This document shows positions 63,311 through 64,000 of a DNA stretch of 64,000 bases, piece after piece. The stretch covers positions 16,244,001-16,308,000 of the forward strand of contig OZ024745.1 of the NCBI GenBank assembly GCA_964016885.1, in the 5' to 3' direction. This DNA is from Eledone cirrhosa (lineage: Eukaryota). A program made the position numbers and the translations under genes. A model generated the notes under the pieces. That model had not been told where the DNA came from. It searched no databases and saw only the letters and a list, made by a program, of their open reading frames with translations. The number at the start of each line of letters is the position of its first letter. Positions within the stretch are counted from its first letter, which is position 1.

Positions 63311-64000
63311 TGAGGGACAGACAGAATTAGGAAAATCGCTTGGAAATACCGGATGTATACAGCGTCTGTATATATAAAGATACATCGAAATTTATTTGAA
63401 GTCTCTGTAGTCGATTTTTTAAATGGTTGGAATGGAAAATTTCAAGTGAAAACCAAATATGCCTGCAAAATGTTCTGACGCAGTTTTTAACAAAAATATG
63501 TAGAAACACTAATAGTTTGATTGTTGGTTTTCTTAATGGCTGCCTTCTGGTCTGTCAGTTGAAATAAATGATATTCCTGGCAGACAGGATGTGATATAAA
63601 AGCACTTCCGGTTACAATGAAGAAACAAATATTTGTCTCACTTCTCTAGTAACAATGAAGCCATGTTTTACACTGATTTGCTTAGTAAAAATATATATAA
63701 AACATGACATACAAGTTAAACAGTTGGTTATACATTTTGTTTTTGAAATGTCTCTTGTAAATCAGAAAGGGTTTGTAGGATGAGGCGTGGATAGATTTTT
63801 CAATCCTTATTCTCTGTTACAAACAATATCGGATACACCCACCAACACTAACGCACATATAAAGTTATACCACGCACATACACAAACACTAAAATCTGTC
63901 TAATGCCCAATGGATCACCAGGCCGGTGCTTATCCCCTTTTCTGTGGCGTTAAGTGACTTAGAGTACAAGACTCCTCTTTGGATAGGATGCAAGATTAAA

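Overview
Eukaryotic, repeat-dominated window with no confidently identifiable host gene. The tRNA-derived SINEs and dense microsatellites resemble octopus/cephalopod DNA (inference from recalled SINE consensus, not a database search). Positions 1 to ~32,800 are one G/T-rich satellite built from 20-bp (GATGACAGTGGTGGTTGTTT) and 19-bp (GATGACTGGGTGGTTGTTT) monomers with nested kilobase-scale higher-order duplications; its long ORFs are repeat artefacts. The rest is a transposon mosaic. The main finding is a head-to-tail cluster of four Tx1-clade (L1 superfamily) non-LTR retrotransposon copies, each bounded by (TCTA)n. One copy has an uninterrupted APE-RT-CCHC ORF2, and the 3' UTR hairpins show compensatory changes, suggesting a (TCTA/GATA)n-targeting family. 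Also present: two R4/Dong-like RLE LINE remnants tied to (TAA)n and (TACA)n, a type I hammerhead ribozyme motif, a ~616-bp tandem array between (TA)n tracts, a 137-bp palindrome, a tRNA-like cloverleaf, a decayed pogo/Tigger transposase missed by the ORF track, and several SINEs and minisatellites.
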